A DNA stretch of 64,000 nt from an uncultured Verrucomicrobiaceae bacterium (GTDB taxonomy: Bacteria; Verrucomicrobiota; Verrucomicrobiia; Verrucomicrobiales; Verrucomicrobiaceae), in the NCBI GenBank assembly GCA_937983425.1, contig CALJZZ010000122.1, positions 99,285-163,284 of the forward strand, in the 5' to 3' direction. The translations under genes were made by a program, and so were the position numbers. The notes below the pieces were generated by a model. It was not told the origin of the DNA. It saw nothing but the letters and a program-made list of their open reading frames with translations, and did not search any database. Numbering within the stretch: position 1 is the first letter of the stretch; each line of letters begins with the position of its first letter. Positions 17,311 to 27,758 of the stretch are shown piece by piece.

Positions 17311-18642
17311 TTAACGACCCACGCAGAAGAGTTTGTCCTGGGTGCGGATGTAAAGCGCGCCATTCACCGCGGCGATGCTGCTGCGAACGCTGCTGGCGTC
17401 GCCGTTGGGCTTGCTGCCATCCCCCATTTCATTAACGGCGAGCAGCTCGAATTTGTCCCCGCCGGCTTTGGCGACATAGACCTGGCCCCAGAAGTTGGTC
17501 ATATAGACCTTGCCGTCGGCGACAGTGGGGCTGCCTTCGAACTTGGCCTTGCTGCCGAGGTCTCCCTGCCAGATGAGCCTGCCGGTTTTGGCCTCCAGAC
17601 AGGAAAGACTGCGGCGGTCGCTGTCGAGGATGTAAAACTTGCCGTCATGGAAGGCGGGCGTGGAGACATCGCTGCTGGCCTCTTTGGGATCAGAGGTCCA
17701 GGCAAGTTCGGCGGTCCCTTTGCCTCCAAGTTTCACGGCATAAACGGGGTTCTTTTTCGGCGCGCAGGCCAGGGCGATGCCGTCTCCGGCGACGACGCTG
17801 GGGACAAGGCGCCAGTGGCCGATTTTCTCGGTGTTCCAAGTGCCCCAGCGCCAGAGTTCGGCGCCAGTGGCGGCGTCATGGCCGGTGATGCAGTCGCCGC
17901 CGACGATGAGGAGCTGGCGCTGGCCGTTGACATCGTGGCAGACGGGCGAGGAAAAGCCTTCCAGGCTCTCGGCGACGGCTTCGGAGGGACGCACGACTTT
18001 CCAGAGATCTTTACCGGTGGCGGGATCGAGGGCGAGGACGTATGAGGACATGTCCTTGCCAGGCGTGCCTTTTTGGAAACCCTGGAAGTCGAAAACTTCG
18101 TTGCGCTGAAGCACCTGAATGTAGAGGCGTCCGCTGTCGAGCAGGGGGCTGCTGCCATAGGTCCACTGGGTGGCGAAGGCGCCGTGGCTTTGTGTGAAGT
18201 CGCGCCGCCATTGCAGGTTGCCGGAGAGGTCATAGGAGGCGGCGACGGCGTCGGCAAAGAGGAAGATGACGCGCTCGCCATCGGTGACGGGCGAGGGTGA
18301 GGCGAGGTTGCTCTTGTTGTCCCACTGGAGGCCGCCCTCGGAGATGGCGCGGCGCCAGAGTTCCTTGCCGGTTTTGGCATCGTAGCAAAGGCCGACGAGT
18401 TTTTTTTCTTCAGCGATGGGAGCCGTGAGGAAGACTTTATCCGCCCAAACGACAGGGACGGAGGCTGAGATGCCGGGCACGTCAGCGGCCCACTTGACGC
18501 CCTCGGTGCGGCTGAATTTTTCCGGCAGGCCGGTCTCGGAACTGGTGCCATTCTGGGCGGGGCCTCGCCAGTTGGGCCAGTTTTCGGCGCGGGCGGCGGT
18601 GAGGGAGAGGGCGAGCAGGACGAGGAGGCGGGTGGCTTTCAT
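17311..18642 (-). CDS. secreted PQQ-like (BamB-like) beta-propeller repeat protein
   Basis: Signal peptide MKATRLLVLLALSLTAARA; NWPNWRGP; repeated G..LW/W-containing propeller blades. Confidence 0.75.
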   Translation of the reverse strand: MKATRLLVLLALSLTAARAENWPNWRGPAQNGTSSETGLPEKFSRTEGVKWAADVPGISASVPVVWADKVFLTAPIAEEKKLVGLCYDAKTGKELWRRAISEGGLQWDNKSNLASPSPVTDGERVIFLFADAVAASYDLSGNLQWRRDFTQSHGAFATQWTYGSSPLLDSGRLYIQVLQRNEVFDFQGFQKGTPGKDMSSYVLALDPATGKDLWKVVRPSEAVAESLEGFSSPVCHDVNGQRQLLIVGGDCITGHDAATGAELWRWGTWNTEKIGHWRLVPSVVAGDGIALACAPKKNPVYAVKLGGKGTAELAWTSDPKEASSDVSTPAFHDGKFYILDSDRRSLSCLEAKTGRLIWQGDLGSKAKFEGSPTVADGKVYMTNFWGQVYVAKAGGDKFELLAVNEMGDGSKPNGDASSVRSSIAAVNGALYIRTQDKLFCVGR

Positions 18643-18799
18643 GCGGGAAGATGCGGCGAGTGAAGGGGAAACGGGCGGGCTTGTCGAGAGATTTCAAAAC
18701 GGGGGCGCCCCCGCGGCGGTCGCTGCCCCGCGCGAACGGACGCGCCGCGCGCAAGGGATGCGGCACTTTCCCGCTTGAAGCAGGCGGCGCGGGCCGTTT

Positions 18800-19798
18800 A
18801 TGGGTTCGACCCCGCCAATGATTTTCGCCACCCTACCCGAACCGAGCCGCCTTGGAGACGTGCTCATGGCCTTCCTGAGCATTCTGTTCGAAGGCGCGCC
18901 CTACATCATGATCGGCACGCTGTTGTCGGGTGTGATTGACGCCTTTCTGCCCTCGAAGCTGCTGGACCGCCTGCTGCCGCGCAACAAGGTGGTCTCTACT
19001 TTCATGGCCGGATTTCTCGGCCTTGTCTTCCCCGTGTGCGAGTGCGCTGTGGTGCCTGTGATCCGCCGGCTGGTGCAAAAGGGACTGCCGCTTTCCTGCG
19101 CGCTGACCTACATGCTCTCCGCGCCGATCATGAATCCAATCGTGGCGGTCAGCACCTTGACGGCGTTCAAAGAATTCCAGGCGGTGACCGGATGGATGGA
19201 GTTGGGGAATGCGACAATGACGATCGCGCGCCTCTCGCTCGGCTACACGGTGGCGGTGATCGTGGGACTCATCGTGCTGCGCTTCCGCCCCGGCCAGGTG
19301 CTGAACGCGAACATCGTGGAGGGCATCGAGAGCGCCAGGGCCGGCGGGCACGCGCCAAAGACCACCTTCAACGGCAAGCTGGTCCACGCCATGCGCACGG
19401 CCATGCGCGACTTCCTCGACACGGGGATGTACTTCACCATCGGCGTCATCATCACCTCCGTCTTCAACACTCAGGTGAACCAGGCCATCCTCGACAGCGT
19501 GGCGGGCAATGAATGGCTGGCCATCCCCTCGATCATGGCGCTGGCCTATGTGCTGTCGCTCTGCAGCACGTCGGATGCCTTCATCGCCGCGCCGATGGCC
19601 GTCTTCTCCCAGGCGGCGAAGCTGGCCTTCCTGGTCTTCGGGCCGATGATGGACATCAAGCTCATGTTCATGTACGCGGTCGTCTTCCGCCGCCGCGTGG
19701 TCGTGCTCATGCTGCTGGGCACCTTCCTTCTCATCGCATTCCTTTCCAACCCCTGGATATCACTGGTCGAACTCCTGCAAACCTCCTCCAAACCATGA
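18800..19798 (+). CDS. DUF318/ArsP-type permease (two-component membrane permease, large subunit)
   Basis: Polytopic protein with the conserved VFPVCECAVVPVIRRL motif. Its stop overlaps the next start (ATGA at 19795). The start could also be the internal MAFLSILFEG. Confidence 0.75.
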   Translation: MGSTPPMIFATLPEPSRLGDVLMAFLSILFEGAPYIMIGTLLSGVIDAFLPSKLLDRLLPRNKVVSTFMAGFLGLVFPVCECAVVPVIRRLVQKGLPLSCALTYMLSAPIMNPIVAVSTLTAFKEFQAVTGWMELGNATMTIARLSLGYTVAVIVGLIVLRFRPGQVLNANIVEGIESARAGGHAPKTTFNGKLVHAMRTAMRDFLDTGMYFTIGVIITSVFNTQVNQAILDSVAGNEWLAIPSIMALAYVLSLCSTSDAFIAAPMAVFSQAAKLAFLVFGPMMDIKLMFMYAVVFRRRVVVLMLLGTFLLIAFLSNPWISLVELLQTSSKP

Positions 19799-21033
19799 GC
19801 GCCACCCGCATTTCCATCCATCTCATCAGCGTCGCCCTGCTGCTCCTGTGGAGCGCCGTGCTGCTCTACTTTTACGCCACGGGGCGCATCGCTCAGTATC
19901 TGCCGGGCGATGGCATCTTCCGGCCCATGGTGCTGGTCTCCGGCATCGGGCTGGCCGTGCTGGCGCTGTTCAATCTGCTGACGGCGGGAGCCGAGGACGC
20001 GGGCTGCGAAGGGCACGACCATGGCGGCCATGACCACAATCACGGCCATGATGACTGCTGTCATGGTCATTCCCACGCCAAAACCAGCCCCTGCGGTCAC
20101 AACCACCCGCATCATGCGCACGAAGGCCCGTGCGATCACGAGCACCCGCATCACGCGCATGAAGGCCCGTGCGATCACGAGCACCATCATGAGCACAGCA
20201 ATCACGCGCCAAGCTGCCACGGGAATGACCACACGGAGAAGCCTTCCGCATGCGGCCACGAGCATCACGCTCACGAAGGATGCGGTCACGAGCATCATCA
20301 CGCCGGCGGGCATTCCCACGGCCACGGCCTGCTGGAGGAAAGCTCATGGCCCGGGCGCGTCACCGCCATCCTCATCCTCGCCGCGCCCATCACCTGGGCG
20401 GCCTTTCAGACGCCGGACAATTACAGCGCCAATGCCGTCATCAACAAGGGCCTCTACAACCCCAACTACAACAGCACCGCCAACGCGGACAAATTCTCCC
20501 TGCGCACCGACACGACAAGCGCGGCCGCCAAGCCTGCGACAGCGGAGGCACCAACACCCGCAGCCACCGCCTCCGCCCCGCAAACAGCCGCCGCCGCGGA
20601 TGGGAAACAGCCGCAGAGCTACGGCAGCTTCACTCTGGAAGACCTCAAACAGCAGGTGCCGCAAAGCAAGGAGGGCAACTTCATGCTCGACGTGCCCGAA
20701 ATCCACTATACCGGCGGCGACATCGAAGTGCAGACCGTGCTGACCGGGCAGCCGGTGGAAACCATTGCCCAGGTGCTGCCGGAAAAGGTGAAAAACGACG
20801 ATGGCCGCCGCCTGCGCATCTTCCGAATGCTGGTGCAGTGCTGCGCGGCGGACGCGCGGCCGTATTCCGTGCCGGTGGAGTTCGAGCAAAAAGCCCCCGA
20901 CTTCAAAGACATGACCTGGGTTAAAGTCACCGGCATCGTAAGCTATGAAAAGGACGGTTCGCAGACCGTTCCCGTGCTCAAGGCCACCAGCATCGAGGAG
21001 ACAACCGCGCCGGAGAACACCATGATCTATTGA
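19795..21033 (+). CDS. DUF1980/TIGR03943-like membrane protein with 108-aa His/Cys-rich loop
   Basis: Two N-terminal TM helices are followed by CEGHDHGGHDHNHGHDDCCHGH...GHSHGHG. A third TM helix and a C-terminal soluble domain follow. It is the usual partner of DUF318 permeases (family name recalled). Confidence 0.7.
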   Translation: MSATRISIHLISVALLLLWSAVLLYFYATGRIAQYLPGDGIFRPMVLVSGIGLAVLALFNLLTAGAEDAGCEGHDHGGHDHNHGHDDCCHGHSHAKTSPCGHNHPHHAHEGPCDHEHPHHAHEGPCDHEHHHEHSNHAPSCHGNDHTEKPSACGHEHHAHEGCGHEHHHAGGHSHGHGLLEESSWPGRVTAILILAAPITWAAFQTPDNYSANAVINKGLYNPNYNSTANADKFSLRTDTTSAAAKPATAEAPTPAATASAPQTAAAADGKQPQSYGSFTLEDLKQQVPQSKEGNFMLDVPEIHYTGGDIEVQTVLTGQPVETIAQVLPEKVKNDDGRRLRIFRMLVQCCAADARPYSVPVEFEQKAPDFKDMTWVKVTGIVSYEKDGSQTVPVLKATSIEETTAPENTMIY

Positions 21034-21271
21034 GCCGGTAAAGCCGGTCGGAAAAAAAGCGCAAAAGGCGGCTTGGCCTCCTCTTGCCAAAGATCATTTT
21101 CCCGCGAAGGAAACTTCCCTTGACCCTCCAAAACCCCGCCCTTAACTTCATGTTCGTCAAGAATTCTCTGACCGGTGCGGGCTCTCCGCGAGATTCCTAT
21201 CCGGAAAACCGCCACCGGGACGGCGTTCGTCCGCGATTTTTTCCCAATTTCCCACCTTTTAACACACCCAC

Positions 21272-22303
21272 ATGCTCGGCAAACTTTTCGGTTTTGTCGC
21301 TCAGGACATCGGTATTGACCTGGGCACCGCCAACACCCTCGTTTACATCAAAGATCATGGCATCGTCCTTCGTGAACCCTCCGTTGTGGCCGTCAAAACC
21401 GGCACCAACGAGGTCGTCGCGGTGGGGGATGACGCCAAGCGCATGCTTGGCCGCACTCCGGGCGGCATCACCGCCATCCGCCCGCTGAAAGACGGCGTCA
21501 TCGCCGACTTCCGCGTCACCGAGGCGATGCTCCGCCACTTCATCCGCAAGGTCCACAACAACCGCCGCGCCATGCGCGGGCCGCGCGTCGTCATCGCCGT
21601 GCCCTCCGGCATCACCGAAGTGGAGAAGCGCGCGGTGAAGGAAAGCGCGGAGCAGGCGGGCGCGCGCGAGGTTTACCTCATCGAGGAGCCGATGGCTGCC
21701 GCCATCGGCGTCGGCCTGCCGGTGCAGGAGGCCGCGGGCAACATGATCGTGGACATCGGCGGCGGCACCACCGAAGTGGCCATCATCTCGCTCAGCGGCA
21801 TCGTTTACAGCCGCAGCGTGCGCGTGGCCGGTGACGAACTGGACGAGGCCATCATCAACTACATGAAGCGCGCCTACAATCTCATGATCGGCGAGCGCAC
21901 GGCGGAGGAGATCAAGCTGCGCATCGGCAGCGCCTTCCCGCTGGGCAAGGAGACCACCATGGAGGTCAAGGGGCGCGACATGGTGGCCGGCCTGCCGAAA
22001 ACCATCACCATCACCAGCCAGGAGGTGCGCGAGGCGATGCTCGAACCTCTCAACGCCATCATTGACGCCGTGCGCACCACGCTGGAGCGCTGCCCGCCCG
22101 AGCTCTCCGCCGACCTGGTGGACCGCGGCATCATGCTGGCCGGCGGCGGCGCGCTGCTGCGCGGGCTGGACAAGCTGCTGCAGGAGGAGACGGCCCTGCC
22201 CGTGCATGTGGCCGAGGACCCCCTCAGCGCCGTGGGCGAGGGCACCGGACGCGTGCTCAGCGAGCTGGAGCTGATGCGCAAGGTCAGCAGCACCGAAGTC
22301 TGA
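21272..22303 (+). CDS. mreB: rod shape-determining actin homologue
   Basis: [32 protein letters not shown]. Confidence 0.95.
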   Translation: MLGKLFGFVAQDIGIDLGTANTLVYIKDHGIVLREPSVVAVKTGTNEVVAVGDDAKRMLGRTPGGITAIRPLKDGVIADFRVTEAMLRHFIRKVHNNRRAMRGPRVVIAVPSGITEVEKRAVKESAEQAGAREVYLIEEPMAAAIGVGLPVQEAAGNMIVDIGGGTTEVAIISLSGIVYSRSVRVAGDELDEAIINYMKRAYNLMIGERTAEEIKLRIGSAFPLGKETTMEVKGRDMVAGLPKTITITSQEVREAMLEPLNAIIDAVRTTLERCPPELSADLVDRGIMLAGGGALLRGLDKLLQEETALPVHVAEDPLSAVGEGTGRVLSELELMRKVSSTEV

Positions 22304-22370
22304 GCCGGGGGGCGGGAAAACGGCCAACCAAAACGCCGGCCGCCCATGGCGGACATAACAAGGCATTCTC

Positions 22371-23186
22371 ATGAACAAACTGAACATTCTGGCGCTGGGC
22401 ATCTTCCTCGCGGGAGTCGTCTCTGTGTTCACACTGGACACGCCCGTGACGCGGGACATCCAGGGCCGCGTGATGGCCGCGCTGTCCCCCTTCATCCACT
22501 CCAGCGCGGCCATCGAAAGCGGCGTCGCCGAGGCCGCCGCTCCCGCGCTTGACCCGCGCCAGCTCAAGATCGAAAACGAGCGCCTGCAGATCGAGGTCGA
22601 AAGGCTGCGCATCGTCTCCCAGCAGTTCGCGCAGACCCAGGAGGAGAACAACAAGCTGCGCGAGCTCATCGAGTTCAAGCAGGCCAGCCCCTTCAAGCTC
22701 GCGGGGGCGCGGGTGGTCAAGCGCGTGTCCAGCACCTGGTGGAACAGCATGATCATTGACAAGGGTTCCCTCGACGGCCTTGCCACGGACAGCCCTGTCA
22801 TCAGCGCGTCGGGGCTTGTCGGCAAAACAGGCAAGCTGGCTCCGCGCATGGCCGAAGTCATCCTGCTCACTGACGAGATGTGCCGCGTGTCCGCGAAGGT
22901 GGAGGGCACGCTGGAGCAGGGCATCCTGGCCGGGGAGCGGGGCGGGCTGGACATGCGCCCGGATTTGCGCCTCCAGTTCCTCGGCAAAGGCGCGCAAATC
23001 AATCCCGGCGCCAATGTCATTTCCACCGGCGAAGGCGGCGTCTTCCCCCCCGGCCTGCTCATCGGGCGGGTGAAGCGTTTTGAAATCAAGGATCTCTACG
23101 GAGTGGCCGTCGTCGAGCCCGCGGCGGACTTCGCCACGCTGGAGCATGTTTTCGTGGTGGAAATGCAGTCAGACACCGAACCGTAA
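22371..23186 (+). CDS. mreC: rod shape-determining protein MreC
   Basis: N-terminal TM helix, a coiled coil (NERLQIEVERLR) and beta-barrel domains. Position after mreB fits. Confidence 0.85.
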   Translation: MNKLNILALGIFLAGVVSVFTLDTPVTRDIQGRVMAALSPFIHSSAAIESGVAEAAAPALDPRQLKIENERLQIEVERLRIVSQQFAQTQEENNKLRELIEFKQASPFKLAGARVVKRVSSTWWNSMIIDKGSLDGLATDSPVISASGLVGKTGKLAPRMAEVILLTDEMCRVSAKVEGTLEQGILAGERGGLDMRPDLRLQFLGKGAQINPGANVISTGEGGVFPPGLLIGRVKRFEIKDLYGVAVVEPAADFATLEHVFVVEMQSDTEP

Positions 23187-23193
23187 TCCGGCC

Positions 23194-23805
23194 ATGGTCT
23201 TTTATCCGGTCACCTTCCTCCTGCTGCTGCTCACCTTCGTGGTGCAGGAGTTCATACCCGGCATTCCCATGGCCCAGTTTGCCACGCTGTTTCTGCCGCC
23301 GGTGTTTTTCTTCGCGGCGTCCGTGGCCGTCCCCTTCCCCATGATGCTCGTGCTCGCCTTTGTGACCGGCGGGCTGTGGGACGCGCGCCACATGCCGGTG
23401 GCAGCCTCGGTGGCCAGCACCACCTCCGGGGCGATGATGACAGGAGCGTCATCCGAGGCGGCGGCTCCAGGAGCCTTTGGATTCGGCATCTCCATCCTGT
23501 TGTTCGGCCTGCTCGGCAGCTTCCTTCAAGGCGTGCGCCCGCTCTTCAAGCGCGGCAGGCTGGAGCTTCCCGTGCTGCTGGTGGGCTTCACCACCTTTGC
23601 CTGGCTGCTCACCGAATACCTGGTGATGACCTTCCTGCGCGGCTCGCTCTTTTTCCCGCCCAGTGTGTGGGTGAAAATGGTGACCGCCAGCCTGCTGGCG
23701 ATGCTCGCCTCGCCGCTCATCTTCCTGCTGCTTTACTCCCTGGCCGGCCTTTCCCGTTACGAGATCAAGTACGAGGGCCTCACCTTCTCCTTCGATGGTC
23801 GTTAA
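23194..23805 (+). CDS. mreD: rod shape-determining protein MreD
   Basis: Polytopic ~200-aa membrane protein from ATG 23194 (MVFYPVTFLLLLL), located between mreC and PBP2. Confidence 0.7.
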   Translation: MVFYPVTFLLLLLTFVVQEFIPGIPMAQFATLFLPPVFFFAASVAVPFPMMLVLAFVTGGLWDARHMPVAASVASTTSGAMMTGASSEAAAPGAFGFGISILLFGLLGSFLQGVRPLFKRGRLELPVLLVGFTTFAWLLTEYLVMTFLRGSLFFPPSVWVKMVTASLLAMLASPLIFLLLYSLAGLSRYEIKYEGLTFSFDGR

Positions 23806-26080
23806 ATACCGCCTCCGTCTCCACCTGCTCACACTCGCCATGCTGTGCGGGTTCGGGCTGCTTGTGTACAGGCTGTGGTCGCTCCAAATAGACCGCCATG
23901 AGGAATTCGTGAACAAAGTGCCGGAGGCGCGCCAGCAGCGCGCGCGCATCCCCGGAGTGCGCGGCGAGATCAAAGACCGCAACGGCGTCGTGCTGGCCAC
24001 CAACAAGGCCGGTTTCGAAGTGCAGGTGAACCTGCGCGATGTGTATGACGAGTACGTCCGCCAGTGCAAAATCAAGAAAATGGACATTCCGACGGTGGAC
24101 TTCGAATTCCTCGACCGCGGACTGCCGCGCAAACGCGAGGAGGCGGACATCGTCACCATGTTCCAGGAACTGATCGTCAGCCGGCTCAACGAGATGGGGC
24201 TCGCCGCCGAATTCAACGCCGAGCAGGACTTGCGCGTGCATTACCGCAGCTTTGGAGGCGCCATCCCGTGGGTTTACCGGGACAACCTCACCTTCGCCGA
24301 GCTCAGCCATTTCGCCGAGCACAACCTGGCCCTGCCGGGCGTCACGGTGGCGGCGCGCGGATCGCGGGTATATCCCCTCGGCTCGCTGGCCTGCCACCTC
24401 ATGGGCTATGTGCGCATGCCGGACGACCAGCGTGTCTCCCCCGAGGAGCGCAAGGGCTGGGACTATTATGTTCCGGACGAGTACGGCGGCGCCGGCGTGG
24501 AAAAAAGTTTCGACTCGCACCTCCGCGGCAAGCCCGGTGTGCGTGTCATGCAACTCAACGAGCGCGGGCGCCCTGTCGGCGAGGTCAGCTATGAGGAGCC
24601 CCGCAAAGGGGACGACGTCTATCTGACCCTGGACGCGCGCATCCAGTTCATCGCCGAGCGCGCACTGATAGACGGCAAAATCGGCCGCGGCTCCGTTGTC
24701 GTCGTCTCACCGCAAAACGGCGAGGTCCTGGCCATGGCCTCCGTCCCGAACTATGACCCCAACCGTTTCATCCCCAGCATCAAGCAGGCTGACTGGAACG
24801 AACTGCTGGGAAACCACACCGTGCCCCTGCTCAACCGCTCCATCCGCAGCTTCGTCCCCGGCTCCACCTACAAGGTGCCGATCGCCCTGGCGGGCTGCCT
24901 GGCCAAAATCCAGGGGCACCACTTCAACTGCTCCGGCAGTGTCACCTACGGCACCAAGGCCATGCAGTGCTGGATCCAGCGCCAGAGCGGCGGCTCTCAC
25001 GGCTCCCTCGGCTTGAGTGACGCGCTCATGCGCTCCTGCAACTGCTTCTTCTACCAATACGGCAACACTGCGGGCATAGACAACATCACACGCGTCGGCA
25101 AAATGCTCGGCCTAGGCGAGCGCACCGGCATTGAACTTGAGGAGGACGACGGCGGCATCCTCCCCAATCCCGACTGGCTGCGCCAGGCCAGCCCGCGCGA
25201 GCGCTGGAGCAACGGCCACACCGCCAACGTCTCCATCGGCCAGGGCAGCGTGCTCGCATCCCCGCTGCAGATGGCCTGCGTCACCGCCGCCGTCGCCTCC
25301 GGCAAGTCCTGGAAGCCGCATTTGCTGAAAAAAGTCATGGAGGGAGATCATCCCGTCTTCGAAAAGCAGCCCGAAATGCGCGCCGACCTTGCCCAGCACT
25401 TCCCAGCCAAAGACCTCGAAACCGTCCGCAACGGCATGTGGAAGGTCGTCAACGCCCAGGGCGGCACCGCCCGCGCCGCACGCATCGAAGGCGTCGAGGT
25501 GGCCGGCAAGACCGGCACCGCCCAAAACAGGAGGCGCGACGAACGCAATGTCCCTGTCGAGGACAACCACACCCTTTTCATCAGCTTCGCCCCCTATGTG
25601 AACGCCAAATACGCCGTCTGCATCCTCGTCCAGGGCGGCAAGTCCGGCGGCGGCTGCGCGGCCCCGGTGGCGCAGCGCGTGCTCGAACAATCCCTCGCCC
25701 TCGACAATGGATATGAGATCAAGCCCGAGCCGGTCGAGGAAGTGAAGGGGAACTTCAACAAGATTGACATGGTTTCCTACGGCGACACTCCGAACCTGCT
25801 CGCCGCGCTCGCCGCCCAGGAGGACGGCGACACGGGCACCGAATCCGAGCGCGAGTCCACCGACACCTCCCCGCGCGGGCGCCAGATCCCCGCGCCCAGC
25901 ATCAAGCGCGAAGCCGACACCGCCGGCCGCGCCGCAGTGAAAAACGCCGCCGAAGTGCCCAAGGCCGTGCCAGTGCGGCGGGCGGGCATTTTTGGCCGTC
26001 GTTCGGCGGACCAGCCTTCGCAACCTTCGGAACAGCCCGCCCAGGGCGGCGGACTGCTGCGCCGCTTTTTCCGCCAGTAA
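23795..26080 (+). CDS. mrdA: penicillin-binding protein 2 (elongasome transpeptidase) with long low-complexity C-terminal tail
   Basis: Motifs SxxK (PGSTYKV), SxN (RSCN) and KTGTA are present. It overlaps the mreD end by 11 nt. Confidence 0.9.
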   Translation: MVVKYRLRLHLLTLAMLCGFGLLVYRLWSLQIDRHEEFVNKVPEARQQRARIPGVRGEIKDRNGVVLATNKAGFEVQVNLRDVYDEYVRQCKIKKMDIPTVDFEFLDRGLPRKREEADIVTMFQELIVSRLNEMGLAAEFNAEQDLRVHYRSFGGAIPWVYRDNLTFAELSHFAEHNLALPGVTVAARGSRVYPLGSLACHLMGYVRMPDDQRVSPEERKGWDYYVPDEYGGAGVEKSFDSHLRGKPGVRVMQLNERGRPVGEVSYEEPRKGDDVYLTLDARIQFIAERALIDGKIGRGSVVVVSPQNGEVLAMASVPNYDPNRFIPSIKQADWNELLGNHTVPLLNRSIRSFVPGSTYKVPIALAGCLAKIQGHHFNCSGSVTYGTKAMQCWIQRQSGGSHGSLGLSDALMRSCNCFFYQYGNTAGIDNITRVGKMLGLGERTGIELEEDDGGILPNPDWLRQASPRERWSNGHTANVSIGQGSVLASPLQMACVTAAVASGKSWKPHLLKKVMEGDHPVFEKQPEMRADLAQHFPAKDLETVRNGMWKVVNAQGGTARAARIEGVEVAGKTGTAQNRRRDERNVPVEDNHTLFISFAPYVNAKYAVCILVQGGKSGGGCAAPVAQRVLEQSLALDNGYEIKPEPVEEVKGNFNKIDMVSYGDTPNLLAALAAQEDGDTGTESERESTDTSPRGRQIPAPSIKREADTAGRAAVKNAAEVPKAVPVRRAGIFGRRSADQPSQPSEQPAQGGGLLRRFFRQ

Positions 26081-26110
26081 CATTTTCACCCAACCCCAAC
26101 CTTTCAAATC

Positions 26111-27703
26111 ATGCCTCTAGGAATCGTCCAACGGATCAAAGAACTCATCACTGGAAAAAAAGACATCAGGCAAGGAACCCGCCTCGTCATCAACTGCGAG
26201 AAGCTGGAGAACCGCGTCGCCCTGCTCGACAATGGAATCCTCGAGGAGTACACCATCGAGCGAACCGGCACGAGCACCATCGTCGGCTCCATCTACAAAG
26301 GCCGCGTCAAAAACATCGAACAGGGCCTCAAGGCCATGTTCATTGACATCGGCCTCGACAAAAACGCCTTCCTCCACTTTTGGGACGCCATCCCCGAGGC
26401 CCTTTCCAACCAGGGCATGGAGGAGGTCAGCCGGGGCGGCGGCGGAAAAAAACGCAAGCGCATCGAGGCCAAGGACATCCCCAGCCTCTATCCCGTCGGC
26501 TCTGAGATCATGGTGCAGGTGACCAAGGGCCCCATCGGCAACAAAGGCCCGCGAGTCACCACCAACATCTCCCTCGCCGGCCGCCTGCTCGTGCTCATGC
26601 CGCAGAACGACCAGTTCGGCATCTCGCGCAAGGTCGAGGACCCCAAGGAGCGCGCGCGCCTGCGCAAAATTGTCGAGAAGGTCAACGTGCCCGAAGGCAT
26701 GGGCCTCATCATGCGCACGGAGGCATCCGGCAAGCGCGACCGCCACATCATCCGAGACCTCAGCCTGCTCATCGAGGAGTGGAACGAGATCGTCGCCGTG
26801 CGCGACGGGCACAAAGCACCCGTCTGCTGCTTCCAGGAGCCCGAGCTCATCGAGCGCACCGTGCGCGACTTCCTCACCGAGGAGATAGACGAGGTGGCCT
26901 GCGACGACCTGCCCACGGTCGAGCGCATGCAGGCCATGGCCGCGCACATCTCACGCCGCGCCAAGAACCGCATCACCCATTATCAAGGCCAGACCGCCAT
27001 CTTTGACCACTACGGCATCCAGAAGCAGATAGACAACGCCTTCTACCGCCAGGTCTGGCTGCCCTGTGGCGCCTACATCGTCATTGATCAAACCGAGGCT
27101 CTTGTCTCCATAGACGTGAACACCGGACGCAACAAAGGCGGCAAGGATGTGGACAAGCTCATCCTCGAAACCAACCTCGAAGCCGCCCAGGAGGTCGCCC
27201 GCCAGCTCCGCCTGCGCAACATGGGCGGCCTCATCGTCGTGGACTTCATTGACATGAAGCACCGCAAGGACCAGCAGGCCGTTTACAAGGCCATGCTGGA
27301 GCATCTCAAGCGGGACAAGGCCAAGACCCAAGTGCTGCCCATCAGCCAGTTCGGCCTCATGGAAATGACCCGCCAGCGCCTCCATGAGTCGCTCTCCAGC
27401 GCGCTTTACGAGGTCTGCCCCTACTGCAAGGGCCACGGCCAGGTCAAGACCGCCACCACGATGAGCGTCGAACTCCAGCGCCGCCTCAGCGCCATCCTCG
27501 GCACAGGCAGGGAGGAAAACCGCAACCTCATCGTCGTCGTCCACCCCGACGTGATGCAGCGTCTCAAAACCGAGGACGGCGAGCTGCTCGTGGACCTTGA
27601 ACGCAAATATCTGGCCCGCCTCACCTTCCGCAGCGATCCCACTCTGCACCGCGAGGAAGTCAAAATCTCCAGCTCCTCCACGGGCGAGGAAATCCGCAAT
27701 TGA
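26111..27703 (+). CDS. rng: ribonuclease G/E family endoribonuclease
   Basis: S1 domain GSIYKGRVKNIEQGLKAMFIDIG; catalytic-core signatures VSIDVNTG and GGLIVVDFIDM. Confidence 0.88.
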   Translation: MPLGIVQRIKELITGKKDIRQGTRLVINCEKLENRVALLDNGILEEYTIERTGTSTIVGSIYKGRVKNIEQGLKAMFIDIGLDKNAFLHFWDAIPEALSNQGMEEVSRGGGGKKRKRIEAKDIPSLYPVGSEIMVQVTKGPIGNKGPRVTTNISLAGRLLVLMPQNDQFGISRKVEDPKERARLRKIVEKVNVPEGMGLIMRTEASGKRDRHIIRDLSLLIEEWNEIVAVRDGHKAPVCCFQEPELIERTVRDFLTEEIDEVACDDLPTVERMQAMAAHISRRAKNRITHYQGQTAIFDHYGIQKQIDNAFYRQVWLPCGAYIVIDQTEALVSIDVNTGRNKGGKDVDKLILETNLEAAQEVARQLRLRNMGGLIVVDFIDMKHRKDQQAVYKAMLEHLKRDKAKTQVLPISQFGLMEMTRQRLHESLSSALYEVCPYCKGHGQVKTATTMSVELQRRLSAILGTGREENRNLIVVVHPDVMQRLKTEDGELLVDLERKYLARLTFRSDPTLHREEVKISSSSTGEEIRN

Positions 27704-27758
27704 GAAAATCTTGCCACTTGTTTGAGCAGGATCGCGAATCCAGCATCTTCACACCGTC

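Noticed and set aside
19546-20325. 259-aa minus-strand ORF, together with the 20021-20743 / 20250-20924 alternate frames
   Set aside because: They are antisense or out of frame relative to the His-rich loop region, and their periodic composition derives from CAC/CAT-rich DNA.
21034-21271. Possible terminator or ncRNA between the DUF1980-like gene and mreB (GCCGGTAAAGCCGGTCGGAAAAAAAGC)
   Set aside because: The two GCCGG blocks are direct rather than inverted repeats, apart from the self-complementary CCGG core, so the stem is too weak to call.
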